Translations under genes and position numbers: made by a program | Shown here: piece after piece, positions 29,558 to 42,577 of the stretch | Numbering within the stretch: position 1 is the stretch's first letter | Layout of the letters: each line of letters opens with the position of its first letter | The notes under the pieces: generated by a model | What the model saw: the letters and a program-made list of their open reading frames with translations, nothing else | The model's database searches: none | What the model was told of the DNA's origin: nothing | From: the human T2T-CHM13v2.0 reference genome, Homo sapiens | Reading direction: 5' to 3' (one strand) | Length of the DNA stretch: 64,000 nt | Assembly (NCBI RefSeq): GCF_009914755.1 | Contig: NC_060933.1

Positions 29558-31300
29558 ATGATTAAAGCGGTATAACACAAAGTGAAAGAAGTTTGAAAAG
29601 TCATTTAGTAAACTGTGACCATTTGTCAAGTTTCTTAGAAGAATAACACCCTCAATAAACTGCTCTTTTAGAACACATTAGAAGATGATAATATGTCAAA
29701 AATACTAATGTAACATTTTTCTTGAAAAGACAGTGTTTACAATCAAGATAATTCTTCTCTCTATATAGACATTGATATATGTGTATGAATATATATGTAT
29801 ATGTATACACACATATATAAATCACATAAATTGTTTTCAGTGTCCACATTAGCATTAGAAATAAAGAGAAATGAAAGGATGCTCTATTTGCTTCTCCCAA
29901 CCCTCACTATAAATGCCTTTCACTCAAAGTTCATATCATATTGTATAAGGCAATGTGATAAGACAGTATGATAAGGTGACAATTTGTAAGACAGGAATTA
30001 ATATTCATCATTTGAGAAATAGAATAAATCATAATGAATTAGTCTCCAACACATTTTGTTATATGTATACAGTACACATATTATATTATATAAAATGCAC
30101 GTATTCTTACTATAATCTTTTCCTTACACACACACATATACACACACACCCCTACACATATGTATATAATGCATAAACTCTTACTTTTCTCTCTTCTAGT
30201 GCTTGAAATAAGTTCTAATCAATTAAAATTATTTAAACATTTATTCTTCAGCTTGTCTCTATTATTTCCTGTTTTATTTGGATGAATCTCTGTCCAAAAT
30301 ACTGACAGGTTTTCTGTCCACGAGCTTGTCAAACATTCCTCATGATTGCCATGGAGGAATGGAGGAGAACTAACGCCTGAGGCTTGGTTCAGGAGGGGCT
30401 TGAAAACAGAGTTTAAGAGCTAATATACTCACGGAACTAAATATGTACTAAATGTAGATGCAAGATGTCCACTTACATGTGCCAACTTGTCAGTTAAGTG
30501 TCAATGTGTGGGCTGAGCTTAACTGGGTAGTCATTTTGGAAGCAGTCCCTTAGCTGCTGAGATAAGTATATATGCAATAACCACCTTCTTAGCACAACAA
30601 CTTGACCTAATTTTACAATTCCCCGTGTTTCCCTGAAGAATGGTACATTTACAGAACCCATCATCCCTATATACTTGCTTTCTGTCATCATTAGTGATCC
30701 TCATGAGACTATATGAAATTTGAAATGGTTTTGGAATCCACATTTTAATCATAGATAGCCAATATCTTTTAACAGAAAGCACTATTTAGAAGTATATTTC
30801 AAAAACTATAAACCAGCTTCAAAAATGTTACATACATTAAATAGATTGCACAAATACATATATTCAGACTATTGCAAATTGATAGCTTTTTCCCTCCTGA
30901 GTTTCCAGATACTGTTTAAGGTGTTGCCAGTTAAATATGATCAGCACTGATGTGGTATTTCCAATTTGACTTTCAGATCATGTAGCACAAAATTAGCACA
31001 GAACATTAATCCAAAAATTAATGTGGCTTGATATCAGAAGTTACCTTAAGGATGCTAAGTTATGTATGAACGATGCTTGATTACTCTTCAAACTTTGAGA
31101 TACTATTCCTTTAAAGCATGAGGGTTATTTCACTGAATATTGTCAATATTTCCGTGTCTGTGTTTCTCTACTTTTTAATATCTGTTATTGAGCAAACCTA
31201 CAGTGTAAGACCTTGTGCTGAGAAGCAGATATCTTCAAAGAAGGGTGACATGGTTCTATCTTCAAAAATTCCAACGATTCCACAGAATAGTCCATTTTTG

Positions 31301-31564
31301 TTTTATCAGATATATATATATCTGATAAAATGCTATATATATCTGATAAAATGCCTTTCACTCAAAGTGAGTTTTCTAGTGGCTTATGGCCCATATAGTG
31401 TCAGTAGATGAGGCCGCCTTTCCTTTTCATGTATTCAGACCTTTAAAAGTACCTATTCTGTGTTTCAAAAATGGACATACACACAAAAATACACTGTACA
31501 GAGACAACACAGCATTTCTGGACTATCAGCTCCCTAAGTCTACATATATATATATATATATATA
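31301..31564 (+). repeat. Compound insertion: 30-bp palindrome, 21-bp tandem duplication, copies of 29911-29930 and 29383-29557, bounded by (TA)n
   Basis: All components seen directly. Confidence 0.95.
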
Positions 31565-31754
31565 GTGAAGGGTCATGTTCCTATAATATAAAAGACAAAC
31601 TCATGGTTCAGAAAAATTTGATTTACTCAAAATAACATATTTACTAAGTACTAGGGCCAATATTCAGCACAGGTGGTCCATTTATTAAGTAAGTCATTTT
31701 CATTTTCCTTTTTGGTTCAGTTTTCATTCATATAACAATTACTGAGTGCCTATA

Positions 31755-31963
31755 CAGATAGTCTCCAACTTTATGGTCTAATTAATGATGGAGGTAACCT
31801 CATCGTGTGTCAAGGAGCATCTGGAATTATAAGGGTTCCATTTATGATTTTTGGACTTTATGATAGGTTTATCAGATTATCAAATGCATTATCAGTTTAT
31901 GATATTTTTGACTTACGATGGGTTTATCACAACATAATCCCATTGTAAATAGAGGAGCATCTA
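31755..31963 (-). mobile_element. MER47-type Tigger MITE inserted in an L2 3' end
   Basis: ta|cagatagtctccaact…gacttacgatgggtttatc…gaggagcatcta|ta; TA flanks; left flank ttcattcat…tttactgagtgccta is antisense L2. Confidence 0.8.
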
Positions 31964-32449
31964 TACGGTGATAAACAACACCACATTGAGAAAATTAAGG
32001 AAAATCAGAGATAGACTTCAACTTCAAGTAATTTATGAGTCTTTGGACTCCAATTCGATGTTTTTGTTTCCGCCACTCCCAAGGTTGTCTGGCAACTGGT
32101 TGATTTCACATTCCATTATTATAATAATTATTGTTTTTGTTTTTTAATGAGTTATTATCTCTATTTATATAATTCCTATTTCAGCAGTATATGTGGATCT
32201 CTTTCAAGACCTCTGTATTTACAGTTTGGCAAAGGAACTGGCATACTGAAAGAGAAAAAATATAAACTTTTAAAATCTTTTTATTATAAAGCTCATTAAT
32301 TCAGTCTCTCCTTATAGTAGAGAGCTCAGATTTTCATCATCTGTGGGAAGGGTTATATCTACTTGCCAGGTGTTTGATGGGTAGCTGTCTGCTATTTCAT
32401 GACCATAGTTTCTGAAACTGAAGTGGAGGAGACAGTATGAGAGAGGTTC

Positions 32450-32718
32450 TGTAGAATGTGAGACCAAGGGTCCCAGTGAGTCATATCTCTGTGTATCCAC
32501 GCTTTTTGTTGTCCCCTGTTTGGACCAGAGAGACCATGTGACTTGACTGCTAAATGGGATATTAACAAACATGATACAGCAGAGGTCTGAAAAGTGCTTG
32601 TCCGTTGGAGCTTACCTTCACTTGCCACTGAGAATTCCTCTGCCACCAGCTTAAACTGTCAACTCACAGCATGTTTTAAGCCATTTAGTCTGTTTCACAG
32701 CAATAAACAACAAATACA
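32450..32718 (+). mobile_element. MLT1 (F/G-like) LTR, internally deleted
   Basis: ccatgtgacttg…gatattaacaaacatgatacagcagaggtctgaaaagtgcttg…tgttttaagcca…cagcaataaacaacaaataca. Confidence 0.7.
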
Positions 32719-33520
32719 GAGACCTTCGTTCAGACTCCGGCATGTTTTGTGTCACTCACGCGTTTGAGAGTACTTCCCCTGAATGACTTTTTATGACCCA
32801 GCTAGGGAGAAAAAGGATGCCCCAAGCATTGTCACTACTAAGTCTAGAGCAATGCTGGCAACTAATGCTATCGTCATGGCCAGCTGTGAAAAATCAAGCA
32901 AACAAACAAAACCCTACATCTGGATTACTTCTATTAAATTAAATTGTATTCAAGGAAAAAGTACTAGAATGAAAAAGGAAGATAAACAGGATTGTTAAGC
33001 TTGAAGTTACATTGGACATTTATTTACAAGGTAGTGGTCTTGGACACATATTTAAGGGTGAAGAACAGAATGAAAAACTCTCTGAATTCAAGGGTTTCAC
33101 TATTAAGTCAGGCAGAAAGTAACTATGATCAGGAAAAAAAAAGGTAAGATATTTTTGTGCAAACTATAAAGTGAGTTTTAAAAAAGAACAAAATAACAAC
33201 AACAACAAAAAATAAAAATAAGAAAGACACAGACTGTTTGGAATTTTCCACAATTATTTTTCCTACTTTTCACAGCCCTCTCCCTCTCTTACTTTCTCTG
33301 TGATGGTGGTGGGAGGAGCCAAGGGAGCAAGTAATAGGGCAGGAATGAAAATCATTATTTTTCTTCTTAAATAATGTTTCTTGTTGATACATTCATTTAC
33401 ACTGTACTGTTTATTTTTAATCTTCCCTAATTTTTAAATTGGGTTGAAATTTTTCAAGTGCTCATCTGTTATCTGTGTTGTTACGGTTTTGTAATATAAC
33501 GTTTGCATAAACTTAGAAAT

Positions 33521-33560
33521 ACATGTATCCTGGAACTTAAAGTATAACAATAATAAAAAT
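33521..33560 (+). mobile_element. Ultra-short L1PA 3' stub
   Basis: acatgtatcctggaacttaaagtataa plus an A-rich tail = last ~27 nt of an L1PA7/8-type 3' UTR. Confidence 0.7.
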
Positions 33561-34599
33561 ATATATATAATAGTTTCAAATATAAATTTTGCATCTACTA
33601 AGTTAAATATCCTAATTAAGCTTTTACATAAATGGTTAAAAAATCGGCTATTACTATTTTTACTATTAGTAATAACTGCTCTGGCAATATAATAAATGTA
33701 CTTTACTAGAATTATCTTGAATTTGTTATAGGAAACTATAAAAACAGTTTTTGTTTGAAGCATCAGGTATTCCTTTAAATACTCAATAAGTTAAAACAAC
33801 ATTTTCTAAGATTGCAAAAAGTTTATTTTTGTTGTCATTTTAGTTAGTTTTTTAAGTTAGTGCTATGAATTTTTAAAAAGAGCTTCTTCAAAATACAATT
33901 TGCTATAAAATATACAGTACTATCATATAAATCATATCAGCATAGATATGAACACTCCATAGAAATATTTTAAGAACAGCTGGAAACTTCCTGGTAATTC
34001 ATATGTAAAGAAAGGGTGGTCTGGAGATTTGAGTGGAGATAAATGGATAAGAAAAAGGAGAAAGAACTGGTGATGAGACATAGAGAAAGATAGAGCAAGA
34101 AAACAGCAGAGGCGCTGGTGAGAAGGGGTTAAAATCAGGAACCACAGCAAAAGTAAACGTGTTAATGGTAAATGCAGACCAAACTTGAAAGCAATGAGAA
34201 ATCTAGGTTGGACAGATCATTTCACCTCGAGAGCCAATAATATGAAATAATAGCCAATTGTAATAGAGTATATTTTATTAGGTGTGGGCAGTTTCTCAAA
34301 TTAAAACCAATATTAAGGTTGTAGAGGAACACAAATCCTGTCTGGATCCATTTACTTCAACACTAATCTCCATGGCAATGAATTGTTCTAAATTACTAAT
34401 TTATAAGTAGAAAGATACTGAAATTTGGAATATAGACTCCTGGAGATGAAACCACTGAATGTGAATCCCTATGTTCACACACTTAGTACCTCTATTTTAA
34501 TCAAAATCATTTTTTACTCTTACTTCAAAGAAATAGCAAAAATATTTCACAGAGTGAAAATATCCACATGTTCTCAAATTTCTAAAGCTATAACCTTAT

Positions 34600-35302
34600 T
34601 TAGGACTTCATCGTTTCCAACCCAAATTTTGGCTTTCGCTTTCTATCCAGTCTCATGTCCTCCAATTTTGCTCTCTCCTAGTCCACCATCCACAAAGCTA
34701 CCAGACTGATGCATTTAAAATGAAAATCTTTCATATTAGTTACCTTACAATCATTCAACTGCTTTCCACAATAAAAGCTCATATATTGGAGCATACGGTG
34801 AAAGGCCTTTCCTGATTTGATCTGTATTTATCTCTTTACAAGTACTAAGAGACCAAGATGGACTTCCTTTACTCTTTCCTATGTATCAGGCAGTATAGGC
34901 ATTCTGAATGTTTTGAATTTTCTCAAAAGTGCCAGGTTCTTTCATGTTGCTTTACTTTTCAAATCAGATTTTCTATTCAGAATGCTTTTCTTCCCTTTGA
35001 CACCGAATATATTTATTACATTTCAAGCCTCAGTCCAAATGTCACCATTTCTGTAAAAACTTTCCAATTGCTTCCAATAAAGTATTTTTTTTTCCTTTCT
35101 GTTCTCATCATATCTCAACTTATCCTTATTATTGTGCTTATTACTTACTATACTATACTCATCTGTTCATGAGTTGGTATTTACACTTAACCATAAGTCA
35201 ATGAATGGTCAGTGACAATATTTTAAATATCTTTGCAATATCTGTTTGTATCTGGCACATACAGCAGGTAGTTAATAAATCAAAATAAATAAATGAATGA
35301 GT
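34600..35302 (+). mobile_element. L2 3' part
   Basis: aaggcctttcctgatttg…cctcagtccaaatgtcacc…tctggcacatacagcaggtagttaataaat…aatgaatgagtg. Confidence 0.75.
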
Positions 35303-37380
35303 GGTTTAAGTCAAATAAATCCACGACAAATAAATACACTAGTAATATATTCATTTAGTATGTAAGAGGTATTCTCTAGTTCATTTATTTAATATTTGCA
35401 TACATACTACCATACCTATTAGTAAATTACAATCATTGGCTATCAGTTGACAAGACTAAATATGTCTACTGTCACAAGACACATCATGTCTGATGACTAA
35501 AAAAACTGGAGAAAAAAGTTGAAAAATTTTTAAAGCTTATTTTTTATTTTAGTATACGCTAAATATAAATGTTTGAAGACCTTACATAATCACTAACTAT
35601 AGCTGATTCTCTCATAAAATTCTACAAATCTAGTTCTTGAGCTTAGTCAAATACATTTGATTTGAGCTTATTATCCTCAACTAAAATACCTTAAATGCAG
35701 AATTTGTTATTGATTATTCAGTAAATGTAATTTAAAATGTTTCTTAAATCCTTATTTTTAACCAATATTTAATTATTTCTTTCCAAAGTTATTATCCTTT
35801 TGGTATGAGAACAAATCTGCAATCAAGGAAAAAGGGTATTGAAGGAAGTAGAAAAGATTTCTGAATAGGTTTTAGTAGCACTTGCTAATTTACTTGATTA
35901 GTTCAAAAGTTGCAGAATTATGTAAGTCTGAAAGGTAGGAGAATGTTACAGATAGTTTGACCTATAAGAATAAGTTTGATCCGATATTGGTTTATGTGGA
36001 GGCATAGAGAAGGGGCAATCCAACAGATTCTGAAGAATGACTCTAAAGCTATAGGTAGGTCAGCAAAGGGATCTCTGATTTGCTTCTTTTTTCCTCCAGA
36101 TAGGTAAATTAACAAAGCAAGGGTTAATAAGGGAGAGAACTTGGTAGCAAATAGTCAGAGAAACTGAGTCCCTGCCATTGCTGAGTTCTTGCAAGAAATG
36201 TTCATTTGAAAATTTGTAGGTTAGAGTACATTTACAAGGGGAAAACAAGGCAAGCATAAATCTTTACTTCTGCTTGTAAAACCATTGTTAAATGTTGTCT
36301 ATAATGATAAGAAGTTAAAACTGGTAGTATTATGGTCCTATTTTTGCTTGTTGGGAAAATAGGATACACTAATAATTAGACTAAAATATACAGTATGGCA
36401 GCCACCCTATCATGTTTCTTGAAAAACTGACAAATTACCCTTTCTTGACATGTATTAGTTGATTGTTGTATGTGTAGAAATGAATGTATTCACACATGTC
36501 TGTTTGGATATTCTTTTGAGGGATCAAGTAGAATTTTCTCCTTTGGCATAGAATTATACATTTTAAGATAATTAGGAAAATGAACAGAGGAATAGAATTC
36601 TGCCTTCTAATGTGAGCAATTTCAGAAAAAAAAAAAAAGGCCTGGATGGTGTTTGTGTTTTTTTATTAGAGATAGAGTCATGTGTTAATGTGGATTGTCT
36701 GAAATAAAGTCAGTTCACTATAAAATGTTCACATTGAGACTATATATTCTTAGAATCCGGTCACATATACCAAAAAATTAATGAAACCTGCAGCATAATT
36801 TTTCTACCTTGTGGAACTATCAGATAAAGTAATGTCTGATGATAAATTGGGTTTATGGTGAGCCGCTACATTCAATCTATGGTAGTAAATCTTCCAAACT
36901 AACTTCACATAGCCTGCAAGCCAGAGTCAATGTACTGTTCACCAACTGTCCCTTGAATCAAACGAAATTTGACATACTAGTATTCCCCTAAGAAATTATC
37001 TCTTATATGAAGTTACAAAGAGCTCACAATAATACTGAGAAAAGAAATATTCTGAATAAAGTAATTGAAATTCTCTTTCAAATACACTCCATTACTTCAG
37101 TAGATATCCATTTATACCTTAATGTTACATTACTTGATGCCTCATAGATTTTTTTTCTTTGCGTGGAATGCAGATAGACATTCTCATATCAAATAAGATT
37201 TATTGCTAAATAGCTTTCCCATGAGGTCTGCTTGCCTTTCCCTTAGGAATTCTCCTCAGTATTAGAGTCCATTACCTGTTAACTACAAGCTATTTCATAA
37301 AGTGCCTGGCTTCAGAAGATGTTAATTAGAAAAAAAAAAGCTAATAATTTAGGACTACACAGAGCTATTTACCTCAAATT

Positions 37381-37400
37381 CACACACACACACACACACA
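37381..37400. repeat. (CA)10
   Basis: Seen directly. Confidence 0.9.
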
Positions 37401-38499
37401 AATGTTTTTCCAACCTCTTATGAGAAATCCTAGAATTCATTTTTTTTTCAATTTACTTGTTGGTGTCTCCTATAAGTTGCTTTACTCTATTTATATTAAT
37501 AGGCCACACTGAGTGCTGATTGTGGCTTTCTTTAAACCAGTTGCCCAACATTCATATTCCTGCCAAGTTAGACTGTATAAATTGAAGTCAAGGGTCAATA
37601 ATTATCCAGTGACTATTTAACTCAACATGCTTACATTTCTGTTGTAGCTGCCAGAATATTCAGAAGCCAAATAAAAACCAATAAAAGCCATCAGCTTATG
37701 TTAGGTGACTGTATCACCTATTCTATCCCCTTACTTTGATTACCTCTGCTTTGTTTTATTCTGAAATATTTTATTCTATGATGTTTAACGTATATGCAAT
37801 TTAGGTGCTTTCAAAATAGACAATATCTAAATTTTAAGTAATAAAAGATATTTAATGACTCACAAAGAAGAATACGGCCTATTTGAAAAATGCATAGCTC
37901 CATAGTGGTAAGTAGATAAAAACACCTTTACAGACATAAATACTAACATTATATAGGCAAAATTATTCAACTCTTCCAATTCCATATTAATGGGTAATTA
38001 ATGTTTCTTAACTTTCTTTACTGAGGTTGTAGGACATGTGATATTATTCTACTTTAACTCCAGCAATCAAGGAAACACAGTGGGATCTACAGAATGAATA
38101 TTCCACTAAAGACAAGATACATGCCTACTATGACAATTATATGAAATATAAAGGAAGATTAATGACAAGTTTATTTAGGAATGTAATGAAAGTGAAATGT
38201 TATTTGGAAACTCTTATGATTCCATGAGATATAACAAAGACAAAAAAAAAGACCTAATAGAAATTTCCAATTTAAATACAATAAAGTGTAATAAAAGTGT
38301 ATCATGATTTTGGAGACATAATGTTCAGATAATCTTTCTGAATAAATTAGACTTTGTGTTTAAAATTAACTAACTTTTTCTAATTTTTAAAATTGTTTCA
38401 TGCATTACATGTCAACAATTAGAAAGCCACTTTTCTCACAGAAAAATAGAGTAGGAAAAATTGTACATGTATACAGAAGAACAATACAAAACACAGAAA

Positions 38500-39910
38500 A
38501 TACAAATGTTGTTAAGAGAAGGGCACATGCTATTGGCCTGGAAGAGTGAGATGAAGAGTTCAGTTGAGAATATTAGGAAAAAGCAAAGGTATAGAGGATT
38601 TCAAACATTATGGATAAATAAGGTGCTTTGGTGAGAAGGAATTTCTTGTGGACAAAAAGAAACAAAAGGAAAAGAGAGCATAAAGGTACAAGAAACCAAA
38701 AAATCTTGCACTTACAGGAGGAACTAATTATAGAAAAGTGGTATGAGCTAAGCCCACAAAGATCAAATTATAGCCAGATCACAGAAGGTCTTGTCAACTG
38801 TGAAGGAGTCAGAACTACTTTGAGTTGCAATTGTTGACTTTGAAGCACTTGAGCAGAAAAGAAATGTTGTTGGAGTTGCATTTTTAGGCAGGTACAGAGA
38901 GAAGCTGGAAACAGGGAAACTAATGAGGACATGTCTGCAATAGGAGCAATGAAGTAAATGGAGGTCTACACTACTGCTATGGCAACAGAAATGAAAAGAA
39001 AGGAACACATTTGAAAAATGGCAACAGAAATGGAAAGAAAGGAATACATTTGAGAAATATATAGAAGATCTATGCATACAGGACTTAGTAACCAGTTACA
39101 AATTGGGTAGAAGAGAAAAGTTGAAGTATACTTAGAATTTGGTTTGCATGTCTGGAAGACCAATGAAACCATTAAGATAGAGTGAGTCAGGGACAAGGGC
39201 TGGCTTGAGAACAGTGGCTGAGCAGATGGAACACTTAATTTGGGAAGCACTAACAAGAAAGTAAAACAAAAACATCATGCCTAAAAATGAGCATAGGTAC
39301 CAGAAGCACAGGCATAATGAGGTCAAGACAAAATGAGAAGCATGAAGAAGTGAAAGCAAGTGAGGTCTACTTTTAAGAAGTTTAGTGCTAAAAAAAACTA
39401 ACAACAACAAAAAGAACACAGAAAAGATATGTTGAATAAGTGGTAGGAGTTTGGTTTGCTTGTTGGTTTCTTATATTAACCTAGGAGCAGGTAAACCAAA
39501 ATGTGTGTATTCAGAAGTGAAAAGGGCCCAGTGGAGAGGGCAAGATCAAAGATTCAGTAAAGATTCTTAACACAGGATCCAGTATCATTCCAGAGCGGGG
39601 AAGTACCCAAATTCAAGCCCACATGTTCAGCCTCTAGAAAAAGAAAACCACCTTCTCCACCCCACCCCCTTTGAAATAGAAAGAGGAGAAAGGATTTGAT
39701 GCTACAGGTAGTCCGAGATAAAAATGAAGAAAGCTAAGGAGAGTCATATTTGACAGCTTTGACTTAATAATATGTTTTTAAAAATATGTTGAGAGGAAAG
39801 AAGTGCAGGAAAAAATGGAATATGAAGAGAGTAGGAAAGGTCTGAAACTGTAGCTCCATGGAATATTCAAAGGAGTTAGGAAGAGATGAATATAAGAACT
39901 ATTGAAGAGT
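38500..39910 (-). mobile_element. L2 relic, antisense
   Basis: Purine-rich; agccagatcacagaaggtcttg…tgagcagaaaagaaatg…gttgcatttttag; boundaries approximate. Confidence 0.6.
38979..39056. repeat. 39-bp tandem duplication (3 mismatches)
   Basis: atggcaacagaaatgaaaagaaaggaacacatttgaaaa x2. Confidence 0.95.
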
Positions 39911-41479
39911 AGTGCTGGTTTGGCTTAACTTTTTATTAAAACTATTTTTTTCTTTTTTTTTTTTTTTTTTTTTTTGCTATGACAACCATTGCACAGCTAA
40001 AAGATTGAAATTCTCCTCTTTTAGTGGGACCCAATATACTTTCCAATAACTCCAAGAAAATCAAATAGTATAGAAATACACTCTAGATTTTAAAAAATCA
40101 TAAATGTGTTCTTTTCAAACTGAGGAGCAAGATATCATTAAATAAAATATGATGTAAGTGTGCCTAAGTGAAGTTGTTTAGATATTTTGTGTGCATGGCA
40201 TGAAGCCATGGGACTTGATGTTTGATTTATCTGCAAGAAAACCTGCTGCCCTAATCACCAGTAAACCTCAGGAGACTTTTGCATATCAAAGGGACAAATT
40301 GTTTCAATATTACGGGTATTTAAAAGGAAACTGGATCCATGAAGAGAGTGATGACTTTGAAAAGAAATGCAAAAAGGTTTTCAGAAATCATGGGCCTAAT
40401 GTTTGTGCCACAGCATACTGCCCATGCTTATATACCTCCAGTTATGCAGAATATGTACAAGCAAGGACACGTTTACAGAACTCCATATAAGTGCAAAGGG
40501 TATTTAGTGAGACGATCAGCCCAAATATACTCTGATAAACCTAGGCACTTCATAACATTATAACAATAATTTGCTCACATAGGTATTGAGATTTAGTGGT
40601 TCAGAGAGAAAACTTTTGCCAACTTTCATCCCATGTATCCTGGCAGGGCGATTCCTGTAGTGGAAGCAGCTTTTAGGAAGAAAAGTCTCCTTTCTAGATC
40701 TCCTGATGTGCAGCAAGGTAGCTAACAGGAGATCCATTTCAGCCTGCGTGCAGCAAAATTTAGTGCCAAGTCAGCTAATTTTGTAGTCTACACTTGAGCA
40801 CATGGCATGCAGAGAAATAATTGTCATGGAAGTTAATGAGAAGACTCTATTTTAGGTTAACCACGTCCTCTGTCATGTCCTACACCATCATCTTCCTTGA
40901 TTGAAGGTACCTTTGGGCTCTCATTTGCTACTGTTAATATTCTCAGCTTTTCACATAACTATCTCTGAACACTCTGGCTTTTGGGAGCTTGGTGGAAACC
41001 TGAACCTCTGCCATCAGATGTGGTTTTGCCAACATTTTCTGAGATCAAATCATTCTTCAGACCAAATTGCCTTCCACTATTCCCATCCACCACATCTCCT
41101 GTTTTAGAGCATTGAAAAACAATAATATAACTAATCATACTATATACAAATATTTGTTTTTTATTTCTCAAATACAGACAGGAATACAGAAAGAAAAATG
41201 CAAGACTAAGAACCCAAAGAGGTCCATCACAGTGAAGTACATGACCAGAGCTTTTGATCTACCACCCAGTTTCCTTCCTCATTCTTCAAGTAAGAAGGTC
41301 AGACTTCAGGTTCTCTATTATTTACTGCTCTATTATTCTATGCAAAGTAGTATAAGTGACATGCTGGGTAATATAAAACAATGGAAGAGGTGAATTAGGA
41401 TACTCAGAATTCACATTAACAGAGAAACTTGAAATCAAGCACAACCTATGTGCTGAGAATATTGAGAATAATCATACTG

Positions 41480-41710
41480 TCTAACAGTTTGACACTGGCA
41501 CACATAGTCCCCATTATAATCACTGTGTGTGAGTGTGTGTGTTTGTGTGTATAATGTGTGTAGCTATAAGTGCATGTATAAGTATCTCTATTTTTTAGTT
41601 GAGGAAACTGAGCCCCAAATATAATTGAATTATTCATTACGCAATTGTAACTGAGGCTACAAATTCAAGTCTTTTCGAGTCTTAAGACAGCATTAACTTT
41701 ACTACATTAC
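41480..41710 (-). mobile_element. MIR with TG-rich expansion
   Basis: ttttttagttgaggaaactgagccccaaa = antisense MIR core. Confidence 0.6.
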
Positions 41711-42099
41711 CATAACTAAATAGGGTGGAAAAATTCCTAACTTAAGGTTTTGATTCTTCCAAACTTTTAAGCCTTGAATGACAGATAACATAATTAGAGA
41801 GTTGGTGATAGCCTGGCTCTTGAGAAACTGGCCAAACAGAGGGCAACAAAGAGGTCTACTTCTGTATATATAGATAGCTGCTGCTTTTGAGTGTTTCTGA
41901 ACAGACTAAAGTAAAAGGAAAGTAGCCACAATGGCTCCAATGGCTCCTGCCCTGTCATATTAATCAAGATCATATAAATCAGGTAAGTACTAAGTATAAT
42001 AAGTATAATACTTAGTGAAAGGTGGTTCATCTAAAACATAGAGATGAAATATAATAGGAAGTGGGTAAAGTGGCAAGTGATAGTGAACACCTTAAATAT

Positions 42100-42315
42100 A
42101 CCTTACCGGTAGTGGTTTAAACTTTACATGTATGATTTGTATGATTTGATCCCTTCTTCACTACCATCTATTAAAATGAAAATTACTTTTTTCCTATTTT
42201 ACATCTGAGGATATTAGAGCTAAGGATGTTTAGTTAACTTGGCCAAGGAGCCAGCCTAATAACTGGCAAAGTGGAAAGAGTCTTTATCTGTTCTCCCAGC
42301 CCAATGCTCTGTCCA
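42100..42315 (-). mobile_element. MIR SINE
   Basis: cctattttacatctgaggatattagagctaagg…taacttggccaagg. Confidence 0.65.
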
Positions 42316-42541
42316 ACGCATCAAATCACACTCAAGGGCATTTTGCATGCCCAAGAGAAAGCATTCTCTCCAAATAGAGAAGGGATCCACTTACCACATT
42401 ATTATCTCTTACTAATATTTCATGCTTTTTCAAATTTAGAGTCTTTGCAAATACTTCATTAACTTAGTAATGATTATACTTAATGAAAATAGCAGTTATT
42501 CATATCTTTGAACTTAAGACAAAACCAATATAATTTTAAAT

Positions 42542-42573
42542 TGTACCCTAGAACTTAAAGTATAATAAAAAAA
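42542..42573 (+). mobile_element. Ultra-short L1PA 3' stub (host of the SVA)
   Basis: tgtaccctagaacttaaagtataataaaaaaa equals the L1PA4-6 terminus. Confidence 0.85.
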
Positions 42574-42577
42574 GATT

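Noticed and set aside
30494-30782. Overlapping minus-strand ORFs
   Set aside because: No recognisable domain and no good flanking splice signals
40191-40563. Two overlapping plus-strand ORFs (99 and 74 aa) in unique sequence
   Set aside because: No recognisable protein similarity or convincing splice boundaries; lengths are compatible with chance. BLASTX would settle it
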